NCBI GenBank assembly: GCA_977030845.1
Contig: OZ365117.1
Location: 3,038,001-3,102,000, forward strand
DNA: 64,000 bases
DNA from: Fimbriosthenelais zetlandica
Lineage: Eukaryota
Direction of reading: 5' to 3'
In this document: in pieces, positions 60,301-64,000 of the stretch
Layout: each line of letters begins with the position of its first letter
How positions within the stretch are numbered: position 1 is the first letter of the stretch
Translations under genes and position numbers: made by a program
The notes under the pieces: model-generated
Told to the model about the DNA's origin: nothing
Database searches by the model: none
Seen by the model: only the letters and a program-made list of their open reading frames with translations

Positions 60301-63300
60301 TTTTGTCTCCCAGCAGAGTTCACTTTAATTGGTATTATACTCGACCATGTTCATTTCCTTTGGTGGCCATACTAAGCTTCCCCACCCACCCACCCACCCG
60401 CCCACCCGCCCACATAGCCTAGTTTTATCCTGACCTCGCACCCCGACCCACCTGCCTACTTTGAGTGCCTTCACATCTATGGTCTTACTTGTGTGGTGAT
60501 CTGGGTAGCAATGAGAAAGTGTGAGTCAGGATGGTATAGTGGTTAGAACACTCGCTTCCAATGTGTGTGGAATGAACCTACGATCATGTTCCTGCGCGTT
60601 TTCTGTTTTCTTCATGGGTCAGAAAACTCTACATCTTATTTTGAGCATGTTCAGGATTAGTAGCTCAGTGGATTCGGGCTATAATGCTCGTTAAAGCTTA
60701 TGACATTATGGGATAATTATGATATATACGCCGAGTCAATTCCAAGCGCCGAGGTGGTGTTGATATGACCCCCGTCCCAAACCGAGGTCGGTTCTTGATT
60801 TATTATACCTTTGACCACCAAAAAACGATCAAAAATTGTTAATAAATGGAAGAAATACGGCTTTTAATCGACCATTACAATGCTGATACCTAGAAACAAT
60901 GTCTGTGACGTCACAGAATGCAATACAGGACAAATTATGGCACTCTAATGCCAATATCAGACTCCTATGTTAAGGCTATGGGAGATCAGTATCAGGGGTA
61001 TAATATAATGAATCTCTCACCATGTCAGTTCTGGGGTTGGTGCTCCCTCAACCGCGCAGTCCATCCTCACCCGTTGTCCCTCACGGAAGTCTTTCTCATC
61101 CAGCGTGCGTGAGAACCTGGGAGGCTCCAGGCGCTCTGAACAAAGTGGATTTAATTCATTAAAACATTACTCAAAGTATTCATCCAGATATAAAAGTTCA
61201 GGGTTTGTGCGTAAGCTAGTTACTATGTAGCGCAAAATTGTCCTGTTGTGTGGATTGAAAAACAAAACTGCATGTGGCATTTCCCAACTTTGGATAGAGA
61301 ACAGGTCAAATTATTACACAGGTCCAAATTGTCTTCCAGTTTCCTTCTGGGACGATTTTGCGCTATAAACTACTGCTTGAGAAAGGGAATTTCTAGCAAG
61401 TATCCAATACCAGGAAATATACCCATGGAAATCCAAATACGTTATTGCATTTGATTTCCAGCAGACTATAGTAGACTAGAGTGGAGTGGCATGATCATTC
61501 TACTGCTATTGATCAAAGTTACTTGACCAATACTGCCATTCAGGCTAGTTCTAGATGAAATGCTTTATTTATGCTGATTTAAATAGCCTATAAATGGCCC
61601 ACCCTACGAATATTTACTTTGTATCTCGATCAAGATGTGTACAAGCACTTTCCTGTGTAAATATCCATGCAACAAAGAGAACAAAATAAAATAAAATAAA
61701 ACTTAATGGGTGTTAGGAAATACTCTAATAAATATTATAAATAAGAATAAATTAAAATAAGATAAACTTGATTAAAGTCAGATAATAACTTATAATAACT
61801 GAATAAACAGTATGACTAGCACATGTCTGATGTGTTAATAAATATCTACAATAAGCATTATGCTTAAAATCTTAAATTAAAACATATAGTCATCAATGTG
61901 CCAGCACCATTGAAAGAAAGTATCAAAAGTTAAATAAATAATAACTTATAGGACCAGAAAGAGGAATTACATGTGTAAAAAGAAAATTTAACACAATGAT
62001 GACAAAAACAAAGATAAGAAATAAATATTTAGGAGCTGAACCCTCCATTGAATCAGCGAGGAAATGCTCAGCTTGAAATTCAACATAGAGTTCACTCCAA
62101 GATGCAAGATAGAAATGCAGTTTGGGTTAGTTGGCTAACTAAGACTTTGTTATTTAAAATAATCGGGCGTTTTAAAGTTTTTTTTTGTTTTTTTCTGGGG
62201 TTACCACCCACCTTCAGCTGCCTTTGGAGCGGCAGGTGCAGCAGTCTCCTTTTCTATTTACAGCAAGAGATGGATCATAGTAATAAGCGATAAAACAAAG
62301 ACGGGTTTTTGAAGAGAGAGAAAGAGAAAGAGAGGTCTTGAAAGAGAGTCATGGTACTTGTCTGTACAATGTTTGGGATTCTTCATAACTGCAATCCACC
62401 CCTCCCTATTCACTTAGTGTCATGTATTGAGGTCTTTCAAACTAAATATAAATTGTAATGTTAAATCAATAAACAAATTTGGAATATTTACTGAATTTAT
62501 CACAGAGAAAAGGGAGATTGCTGGTATAAATACCCCTGATTCTCCACCAAGACCAACTCTTTCATAAGGATATTTCCGTGGAATATATTTGACAGAATTA
62601 GGGCATTTTAGTTTTGGGGAACTCTACTTCTTTTTCTATATATGTAACCCTAGGTATTCAGAACACAGATTCCTACATAGAACTCTGGATAATATTTACA
62701 AAGCATAACATATTTCTTATTGTATGTCCATGCCTTGTTGAAGGTATGACTAAACAATAAGATAATAATAAAACTGCTGAGTGAAGCAAGGTGTACAGAT
62801 CTTAATACTAAAGGTGTATAATTATCTAACATTGAATCTAACAAAGCCAACAGGTGGGCACATAGGTGCTTATCAAATGTATACTACACATCATGCATTT
62901 TAAGAGAAACATATGTATACAATTCTATAGGCTCTAAAAGCCACAAGATTGAGATTAATATTTTACATAGTTTATTGGCAAATGTGAGGATATTTTTAAT
63001 TTAAATTTGCGGGAAGCAACTGCTTAAAGTTATGAGTTATGTTTATAGAACAACTAATAAAAGGAAGCAGAATATTTGGAATTCTAAACAACACTTTGAT
63101 GTCGAAAGTAACGCTATATTATTCAATTGAGGGAAGTTAATTGTTTCTGAGATCCATTAGGGACAATTTGTTAGTATATTTATATAGTAATTTTAGGGGT
63201 TTCTTACATTTTTACATTAAATGTTTCTTACATTTCTCTTTATAAAGTACAGAGTATACTTTTCTTATTGTATTTGTTACAAGTATCCAGAAAATGACAA

Positions 63301-64000
63301 AAATAAAGTTATTTTTAGGAAAATTATTAGCAGTTTCTTTTCTGAAAGTTTCCATATAGTGTGTCATACGTTTCGTCTACCTGTACATTGCTCTATATGT
63401 ATATACAATGTACCTAGGATAATAATAAAGCCTCCAGACTTACCAGTGACTGTGACGTTGGCCTCATGCACGGCCTCACCCGCGTTATTCTTCACCACAC
63501 ACTTGTAGACACCGGCTTGTTTCTGGGTAATCTTCTCAATGATGAGCACGCTCGAGTCAGGACGGGTCGTAATCCTTGACCTGAGTGTGGACACTACCTC
63601 AGTTTTATTGCTGAAAATAAACAGAAATTTACTATGAAATGTCCTGAGCAAATGGTTGAGCCAGTGGCAAAGAAGAAGCAAGCGAATAACAACAATCATA
63701 AGTGAAATTTGTGCATATATTTAGTGCATAAAAGTCTTGTAGACAAGCTTCATATGCAGGAATCACTGCAAGAATCACCAGGCAATGATCCCTGGTATGT
63801 TACCAATTAACTTACCAGGTCATTTGAAATATCTACTAGATATTCATGACTTGCAATCCTTGCAAAGTTTCATACCCATGTTTTCCTATGCCTGCCCACA
63901 GAGCAGGTTATCAAGATATGTAGCAATAAACTCGCCCTAACTTACCATGTCCAGGTGACCCTTGGTGGTGGTTTCCCTTTGAACTTGGTCTTCAGTTCAA
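57..64000 (-). CDS. TTN: Giant titin/connectin-like muscle protein gene (partial at both ends; 69 exons in window, about 9,000 aa)
   Basis: Continuous phase-compatible exon chain encoding I-set Ig, PEVK-like repeats and Fn3 domains (DGGSPITGY, YEFRVxAENxxG motifs) in titin order; the kinase is not in the window; orthology inferred from architecture. Confidence 0.88.
452..739 (-). CDS. Ig exon (APVITYEDKYK...FDVTVK)
   Basis: 288 nt, phase 1-1; paralog of 4619-4906. Confidence 0.95.
884..1059 (-). CDS. Ig C-terminal half (WKNSKEEL...CTLTVN)
   Basis: 176 nt, phase 2-1, GTAAG donor. Confidence 0.93.
1175..1289 (-). CDS. Ig N-terminal half (SGQKPELVKPL...AAKVKW)
   Basis: 115 nt, phase 1-2; not in ORF track, translated manually. 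Confidence 0.92.
1411..1719 (-). CDS. Fn3 exon (EKPGKPGRAEY...LKEPV)
   Basis: 309 nt, phase 1-1. Confidence 0.95.
1848..2150 (-). CDS. Fn3 exon (DPPGPPQSPAV...AKDPY)
   Basis: 303 nt, phase 1-1. Confidence 0.95.
2245..2541 (-). CDS. Fn3 exon (DKPGPPTELK...AKSEF)
   Basis: 297 nt, phase 1-1. Confidence 0.95.
2706..2987 (-). CDS. Ig exon (VPPSFNLDNF...VKVIVL)
   Basis: 282 nt, phase 1-1. Confidence 0.95.
3152..3424 (-). CDS. Ig exon (VEPINFLTPL...ALKVK)
   Basis: 273 nt, phase 1-1. Confidence 0.95.
3532..4119 (-). CDS. Double Fn3 exon (DPPGPPINLK...DPPGKPGRP...LPHKC)
   Basis: 588 nt, phase 1-1. Confidence 0.95.
4224..4523 (-). CDS. Fn3 exon (DRPSPPQNV...KLPF)
   Basis: 300 nt, phase 1-1. Confidence 0.95.
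4619..4906 (-). CDS. Ig exon (VAPVITYEDK...FDVTVK)
   Basis: 288 nt, phase 1-1. Confidence 0.95.
5148..5320 (-). CDS. Ig C-terminal half (MKNNQEISS...CTLTVN)
   Basis: 173 nt, phase 2-1. Confidence 0.93.
5423..5537 (-). CDS. Ig N-terminal half (SGHGPEIVEPL...QAKIKW)
   Basis: 115 nt, phase 1-2, GTCAG donor; translated manually. Confidence 0.9.
5705..6013 (-). CDS. Fn3 exon (EKPGKPGRAEY...LKEPV)
   Basis: 309 nt, phase 1-1; 2 differences from 1411-1719. Confidence 0.95.
6104..6308. mobile_element. PIF/Harbinger-type MITE, family A (divergent copy)
   Basis: TIRs CTCCACTGCTGCGATTTT / AAAATCGCAGCAGTGGAG; TAA on both sides (6101-6103, 6309-6311). Confidence 0.75.
6360..6662 (-). CDS. Fn3 exon (DPPGPPQSPAV...AKDPY)
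   Basis: 303 nt, phase 1-1. Confidence 0.95.
6719..7384 (+). repeat. 47-bp satellite array 1 (about 14 units)
   Basis: Unit CAGTATTCCTATAACAATTCCCCAAGCAGTATC(A/G)ACCCTTTTTCGTG; flanked by direct repeat GACATTATG. Confidence 0.95.
7471..7767 (-). CDS. Fn3 exon (DKPGPPTELK...AKSEF)
   Basis: 297 nt, phase 1-1; 3 differences from 2245-2541. Confidence 0.95.
7903..8184 (-). CDS. Ig exon (VPPSFNLDNF...VIVL)
   Basis: 282 nt, phase 1-1. Confidence 0.95.
8362..8634 (-). CDS. Ig exon (VEPINFLTPL...ALKVK)
   Basis: 273 nt, phase 1-1. Confidence 0.95.
8739..8949. mobile_element. PIF/Harbinger-type MITE, family A
   Basis: AGCCGGGACTCCACTG...CAGTGGAGTCCCAGCT, 211 bp, near-identical to 22141-22351. Confidence 0.85.
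8985..9278 (-). CDS. Fn3 exon (DPPEAPGRPDV...LPKKY)
   Basis: 294 nt, phase 1-1. Confidence 0.95.
9341..9882 (+). repeat. 47-bp satellite array 2 (about 11-12 units)
   Basis: Same unit as array 1; 19-bp direct repeat ACTTACATTTTAATATGTA at 9302-9320 and 9883-9901. Confidence 0.95.
10104..10403 (-). CDS. Fn3 exon (DKPGPPINLK...AKDPF)
   Basis: 300 nt, phase 1-1. Confidence 0.95.
11179..11196 (-). CDS. Candidate 18/15-nt in-frame microexon (V)GVDGM
   Basis: tgtgtattttctatgtgtatttcTAG TAG GTGTAGACGGAATGG|GTAAGT; both NAGNAG options keep frame with no stop. Confidence 0.6.
11299..11601 (-). CDS. Fn3 exon (DRPSPPRNLR...AKLPF)
   Basis: 303 nt, phase 1-1. Confidence 0.95.
11894..12181 (-). CDS. 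Ig exon (VAPTITYSDD...TVEVK)
   Basis: 288 nt, phase 1-1. Confidence 0.95.
12226..13531 (+). repeat. 47-bp satellite array 3 (about 28 units)
   Basis: Same 47-bp unit; fills most of the intron. Confidence 0.97.
13582..13869 (-). CDS. Ig exon (VGNEPQVFEPL...KLTVH)
   Basis: 288 nt, phase 1-1. Confidence 0.95.
14176..14778 (-). CDS. Double Fn3 exon (DVPGPPEAP...KKPGKPGRP...VKTLV)
   Basis: 603 nt, phase 1-1. Confidence 0.95.
14855..14950 (-). mobile_element. tRNA-derived SINE-like fragment
   Basis: Pol III B-box GGTTCGAATCC (14878-14888, minus strand) with degenerate A-box-like GAGCTCAG upstream. Confidence 0.45.
15106..15277 (-). CDS. Fn3 C-terminal half (DINRRSWKD...KNPF)
   Basis: 172 nt, phase 0-1. 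Confidence 0.94.
15377..15606. mobile_element. PIF/Harbinger-type MITE, family B
   Basis: TIR (AG)TTCGACATCCAC / GTGGATGTCGGGCT; TTA on both sides; homologous to 21467-21692 and 31845-32073. Confidence 0.85.
15645..15769 (-). CDS. First Fn3, N-terminal half (DKPSPPQKP...IVEFK)
   Basis: 125 nt, phase 1-0. Confidence 0.93.
15986..16550 (+). repeat. 47-bp satellite array 4 (about 12 units)
   Basis: Same unit; ends about 12 nt from the donor of exon 16568-16855. Confidence 0.95.
16568..16855 (-). CDS. I/A-junction Ig exon (AVPKFLLDD...KVVVL)
   Basis: 288 nt, phase 1-1; last Ig before the first Fn3. Confidence 0.95.
17021..17434 (+). repeat. 63-bp tandem repeat (about 6.5 units)
   Basis: Unit GAGAAAGAGTTACTCCAGT(T/C)ACAGCTGGAGCGAAAAGAGAAAGGAACAATGTTAGATGGTGCT. 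Confidence 0.9.
17723..17992 (-). CDS. Ig exon (EEPIDFVRHL...KLSIE)
   Basis: 270 nt, phase 1-1. Confidence 0.95.
18194..18318 (-). CDS. Ig C-terminal half (FEIRVDGTKH...TVFVE)
   Basis: 125 nt, phase 2-1; translated manually. Confidence 0.92.
18724..18865 (-). CDS. Ig N-terminal half (EEPLEFLTPL...KAGG)
   Basis: 142 nt, phase 1-2. Confidence 0.92.
18958..19222 (+). repeat. 75-bp tandem repeat (about 3.5 units)
   Basis: GGATATTTTAC recurs at 18958, 19033, 19108 and 19183. Confidence 0.9.
19265..19537 (-). CDS. Ig exon (ELPVEYVRPL...KLIVL)
   Basis: 273 nt, phase 1-1. Confidence 0.95.
19866..20132 (-). CDS. Ig exon (ECPAEFLTPL...NLLVE)
   Basis: 267 nt, phase 1-1. Confidence 0.95.
20405..20671 (-). 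CDS. Ig exon (ELPTEFLSPL...QLTVE)
   Basis: 267 nt, phase 1-1. Confidence 0.95.
20833..21045. mobile_element. PIF/Harbinger-type MITE, family A
   Basis: About 60-bp TIRs, TTA on both sides; opposite orientation to the 8739 and 22141 copies. Confidence 0.88.
21076..21366 (-). CDS. Ig exon (ERPIEVTVPL...TLVVD)
   Basis: 291 nt, phase 1-1. Confidence 0.94.
21467..21692. mobile_element. PIF/Harbinger-type MITE, family B
   Basis: AGCCCGATATCC...GGATGTCGGGCT; flanks TCA/TTA; reverse orientation. Confidence 0.82.
21745..21916 (-). CDS. Ig C-terminal part (VKWFKNEV...KLVVD)
   Basis: 172 nt, phase 0-1. Confidence 0.93.
22141..22351. mobile_element. PIF/Harbinger-type MITE, family A
   Basis: 211 bp, long TIRs, TAA on both sides. 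Confidence 0.88.
22442..22539 (-). CDS. Ig N-terminal part (EKAPEFITIL...KPNIQ)
   Basis: 98 nt, phase 1-0; translated manually. Confidence 0.92.
23011..23300 (+). mobile_element. tRNA-derived SINE-like element
   Basis: A-box GAGCTCAGTTGG (23017-23028) followed by TAGAGCG, B-box GGTTCAATCCC (23081-23091); 3' end uncertain. Confidence 0.55.
23595..24152 (+). repeat. G-run-rich dispersed repeat, copy 1 (with internal tandem duplication of about 170 bp)
   Basis: Homologous to 59784-60158 (shared GCAATGCCGGATCAAACCAATACAATGAGGTGGTCAGC). Confidence 0.85.
25218..25478 (-). CDS. Ig exon (EIDAKFTVPL...EVKIE)
   Basis: 261 nt, phase 1-1. Confidence 0.94.
26197..26516 (-). CDS. Atypical Cys-rich Ig exon; ends either at weak donor 26250 or reads through 17 aa to TGA
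   Basis: Good phase-1 acceptor; only a weak CA|GTTACT donor at the usual position; in-frame stop at 26197-26199. Confidence 0.8.
27000..27269 (-). CDS. Ig exon (DMPLKLVKPM...KLTVD)
   Basis: 270 nt, phase 1-1. Confidence 0.95.
27673..27728 (+). other. Candidate 56-nt antisense exon
   Basis: ttctctgcgttctccatttcAG| purine-rich body |AAG GTAAGT on the plus strand, inside a titin intron. Confidence 0.4.
27909..28178 (-). CDS. Ig exon (VMAPKFTVPL...TLAVK)
   Basis: 270 nt, phase 1-1. Confidence 0.95.
28637..28906 (-). CDS. Ig exon (ELPPVFTKPL...KLLVE)
   Basis: 270 nt, phase 1-1. Confidence 0.95.
30201..30467 (-). CDS. Ig exon (EIPIEFIVPL...ALTVK)
   Basis: 267 nt, phase 1-1. Confidence 0.95.
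31358..31475 (-). CDS. Ig C-terminal half (ILVDGCDHK...KLKVE)
   Basis: 118 nt, phase 0-1. Confidence 0.92.
31610..31841. mobile_element. PIF/Harbinger-type MITE, family C (GATC-rich)
   Basis: TIR TTCTACACTACACCGAT / ATCGGTATAGTGTAGAA; TAA at 31607-31609 and 31842-31844. Confidence 0.7.
31845..32073. mobile_element. PIF/Harbinger-type MITE, family B
   Basis: AGCCCGATATCCACTG...CAGTGGATGTCGGGCT; TAA on both sides. Confidence 0.87.
32095..32246 (-). CDS. Ig N-terminal half (EEPVVFTMPL...DARIK)
   Basis: 152 nt, phase 1-0. Confidence 0.93.
33577..33846 (-). CDS. Ig exon (EPPAKFTKTL...KLTVL)
   Basis: 270 nt, phase 1-1. Confidence 0.95.
34467..34730 (-). CDS. First post-PEVK Ig exon (EKPLAFVKPI...NLIVE)
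   Basis: 264 nt, phase 1-1. Confidence 0.95.
35638..35782 (-). other. Cryptic exon, candidate internal-start exon (METSTRMIT|EKPLAF...)
   Basis: Acceptor ttcgctttgccctctAG, donor CAG|GTAAGC; ATGs in frame with the next exon, stop in the upstream titin frame. Confidence 0.35.
36657..41447 (-). CDS. Giant PEVK-like exon 2 (about 1,596 aa, 27 K/E/P modules)
   Basis: 4,791 nt, phase 1-1; repeats of EEEKPESPKEKKAMTWKEKKEAEK... Confidence 0.93.
41971..42237 (-). CDS. Ig exon (ETPLSFTKRI...KLTVK)
   Basis: 267 nt, phase 1-1. Confidence 0.95.
42799..43065 (-). CDS. Ig exon (EAPVTIKEPL...KLTVQ)
   Basis: 267 nt, phase 1-1. Confidence 0.95.
43466..43732 (-). CDS. Ig exon (ESPISYTKPL...TVLVD)
   Basis: 267 nt, phase 1-1. 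Confidence 0.95.
44187..44453 (-). CDS. Ig exon (EIPTTVTKPL...MVWVE)
   Basis: 267 nt, phase 1-1. Confidence 0.95.
44719..46515 (-). CDS. PEVK-like exon 1 (6 modules) plus one Ig
   Basis: 1,797 nt, phase 1-1; EIPVTPEE...TAMLWVE. Confidence 0.93.
47567..47836 (-). CDS. Ig exon (DQPLEFTVPL...KLELK)
   Basis: 270 nt, phase 1-1; close paralog of 47997-48266. Confidence 0.95.
47997..48266 (-). CDS. Ig exon (EKPAEFTVPL...KLDVK)
   Basis: 270 nt, phase 1-1. Confidence 0.95.
48897..49166 (-). CDS. Ig exon (ASLYKFITPL...KLTVT)
   Basis: 270 nt, phase 1-1. Confidence 0.95.
49610..50098 (-). CDS. Unique segment plus acidic Ig (DVECEVDSS...VVDNSQ)
   Basis: 489 nt, phase 1-1; Ig core W...L.I.DV...DEGEYVC. 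Confidence 0.88.
50848..54129 (-). CDS. Giant unique Ser/Glu/Asp-rich exon (about 1,093 aa)
   Basis: Open frame; donor AAAG|GTAAAT; best acceptor ttatttaccaaacaacAG gives phase 1-1 (weaker alternative at 54159). Confidence 0.8.
54710..54976 (-). CDS. Atypical Ig exon (DVPHFVTSPV...TLTVE)
   Basis: 267 nt, phase 1-1. Confidence 0.9.
55165..55212 (-). other. Cryptic 48-nt exon, candidate internal-start exon (MAELYCQ|GDVPHF...)
   Basis: aaatttctcAG acceptor, AAG|GTAAGG donor; ...AAT TAA GAA AAT ATG GCC GAA CTA TAC TGT CAA G. Confidence 0.5.
55421..55693 (-). CDS. Ig exon (PLVPEFVGKL...TVEKA)
   Basis: 273 nt, phase 1-1. Confidence 0.95.
56358..56616 (-). CDS. Ig exon (FGFTKELED...KLFVE)
   Basis: 259 nt, phase 0-1. 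Confidence 0.94.
56726..57089 (-). CDS. UN2A-like insertion exon (ASFEKGEGDDDVDW...NIGKAK)
   Basis: 364 nt, phase 2-0. Confidence 0.9.
57255..57882 (-). CDS. Double Ig exon; second Ig is I80-like (WSKGKW...DWKAALKE)
   Basis: 628 nt, phase 1-2. Confidence 0.95.
58002..58174 (-). CDS. Ig C-terminal half (FCKDTKLE...RLKIV)
   Basis: 173 nt, phase 2-1. Confidence 0.93.
58371..58485 (-). CDS. Ig N-terminal half (KKEMPKFLRK...PTVEW)
   Basis: 115 nt, phase 1-2; translated manually. Confidence 0.92.
58618..58802 (-). CDS. Ig C-terminal half (FVDEKPLE...KLIIS)
   Basis: 185 nt, phase 2-1. Confidence 0.93.
58995..59130 (+). repeat. Dispersed repeat of about 135 bp, copy 1
   Basis: Near-identical to 60563-60699; 12-bp inverted repeat CCACTGAGCTAC/GTAGCTCAGTGG around this copy. 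Confidence 0.85.
59784..60158 (+). repeat. G-run-rich dispersed repeat, copy 2
   Basis: Homologous to 23595-24152. Confidence 0.85.
60563..60699 (+). repeat. Dispersed repeat of about 135 bp, copy 2
   Basis: Direct copy of 58995-59130; preceded by an A-box-like TGGTATAGTGG. Confidence 0.85.
61021..61135 (-). CDS. Ig N-terminal half (ERLEPPRFSR...PELTW)
   Basis: 115 nt, phase 1-2; translated manually. Confidence 0.92.
62212..62253 (-). CDS. Candidate 42-nt in-frame alternative exon EKETAAPAAPKAAE
   Basis: ctcttgctgtaaatAG acceptor, GAAG|GTGGGT donor, phase 1-1, GC-rich island in an AT-rich intron. Confidence 0.72.
63444..63610 (-). CDS. Ig C-terminal half (NKTEVVSTL...NVTVT)
   Basis: 167 nt, phase 2-1. 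Confidence 0.93.
63946..64000 (-). CDS. Partial Ig exon (...ELKTKFKGKPPPRVTWT)
   Basis: Runs off the window; TG|GTAAG phase-2 donor joins in frame to 63610. Confidence 0.88.

Noticed and set aside
63811-63835. CTG|GTAAGT donor in the last intron
   Set aside because: Weak acceptor; 17 or 20 nt would break a split Ig domain.
57-64000. Twitchin/projectin or obscurin identity
   Set aside because: PEVK-like exons, the N2A-like Ig, a long distal tandem-Ig run and the Ig-Ig-Fn3x3 pattern fit titin/connectin better; not fully excluded without the kinase region.

Overview
AT-rich metazoan (probably invertebrate) genomic DNA lying entirely inside one giant minus-strand titin/connectin-family gene that runs off both ends. 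By hand I resolved 69 coding exons with GT-AG sites that form one phase-compatible chain (about 27 kb CDS, about 9,000 aa). In transcription order (64000 to 1) they encode: I-band Ig domains; a vertebrate-N2A-like element; a 1,093-aa unique exon flanked by atypical Igs; two giant PEVK-like exons made of a 48-49-aa Trp-containing module (6 and 27 copies); 16 tandem distal Igs; and an I/A junction followed by an (Ig-Ig-Fn3-Fn3-Fn3)x2 10-domain super-repeat whose copies show patchy near-identity. Introns carry three PIF/Harbinger-type MITE families, a 47-bp satellite in four arrays, tRNA-derived SINE fragments and other repeats. The most interesting layer is not in the ORF track: two in-frame microexons, three stop-then-ATG candidate internal-start exons, a candidate read-through terminal exon, an AG|GTAAG ratchet-like site and a perfect antisense exon. 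Together these suggest an isoform-generating system. All splice calls come from sequence motifs only and need transcript data. There are no prokaryotic features, no CRISPR array and no intact RNA gene.
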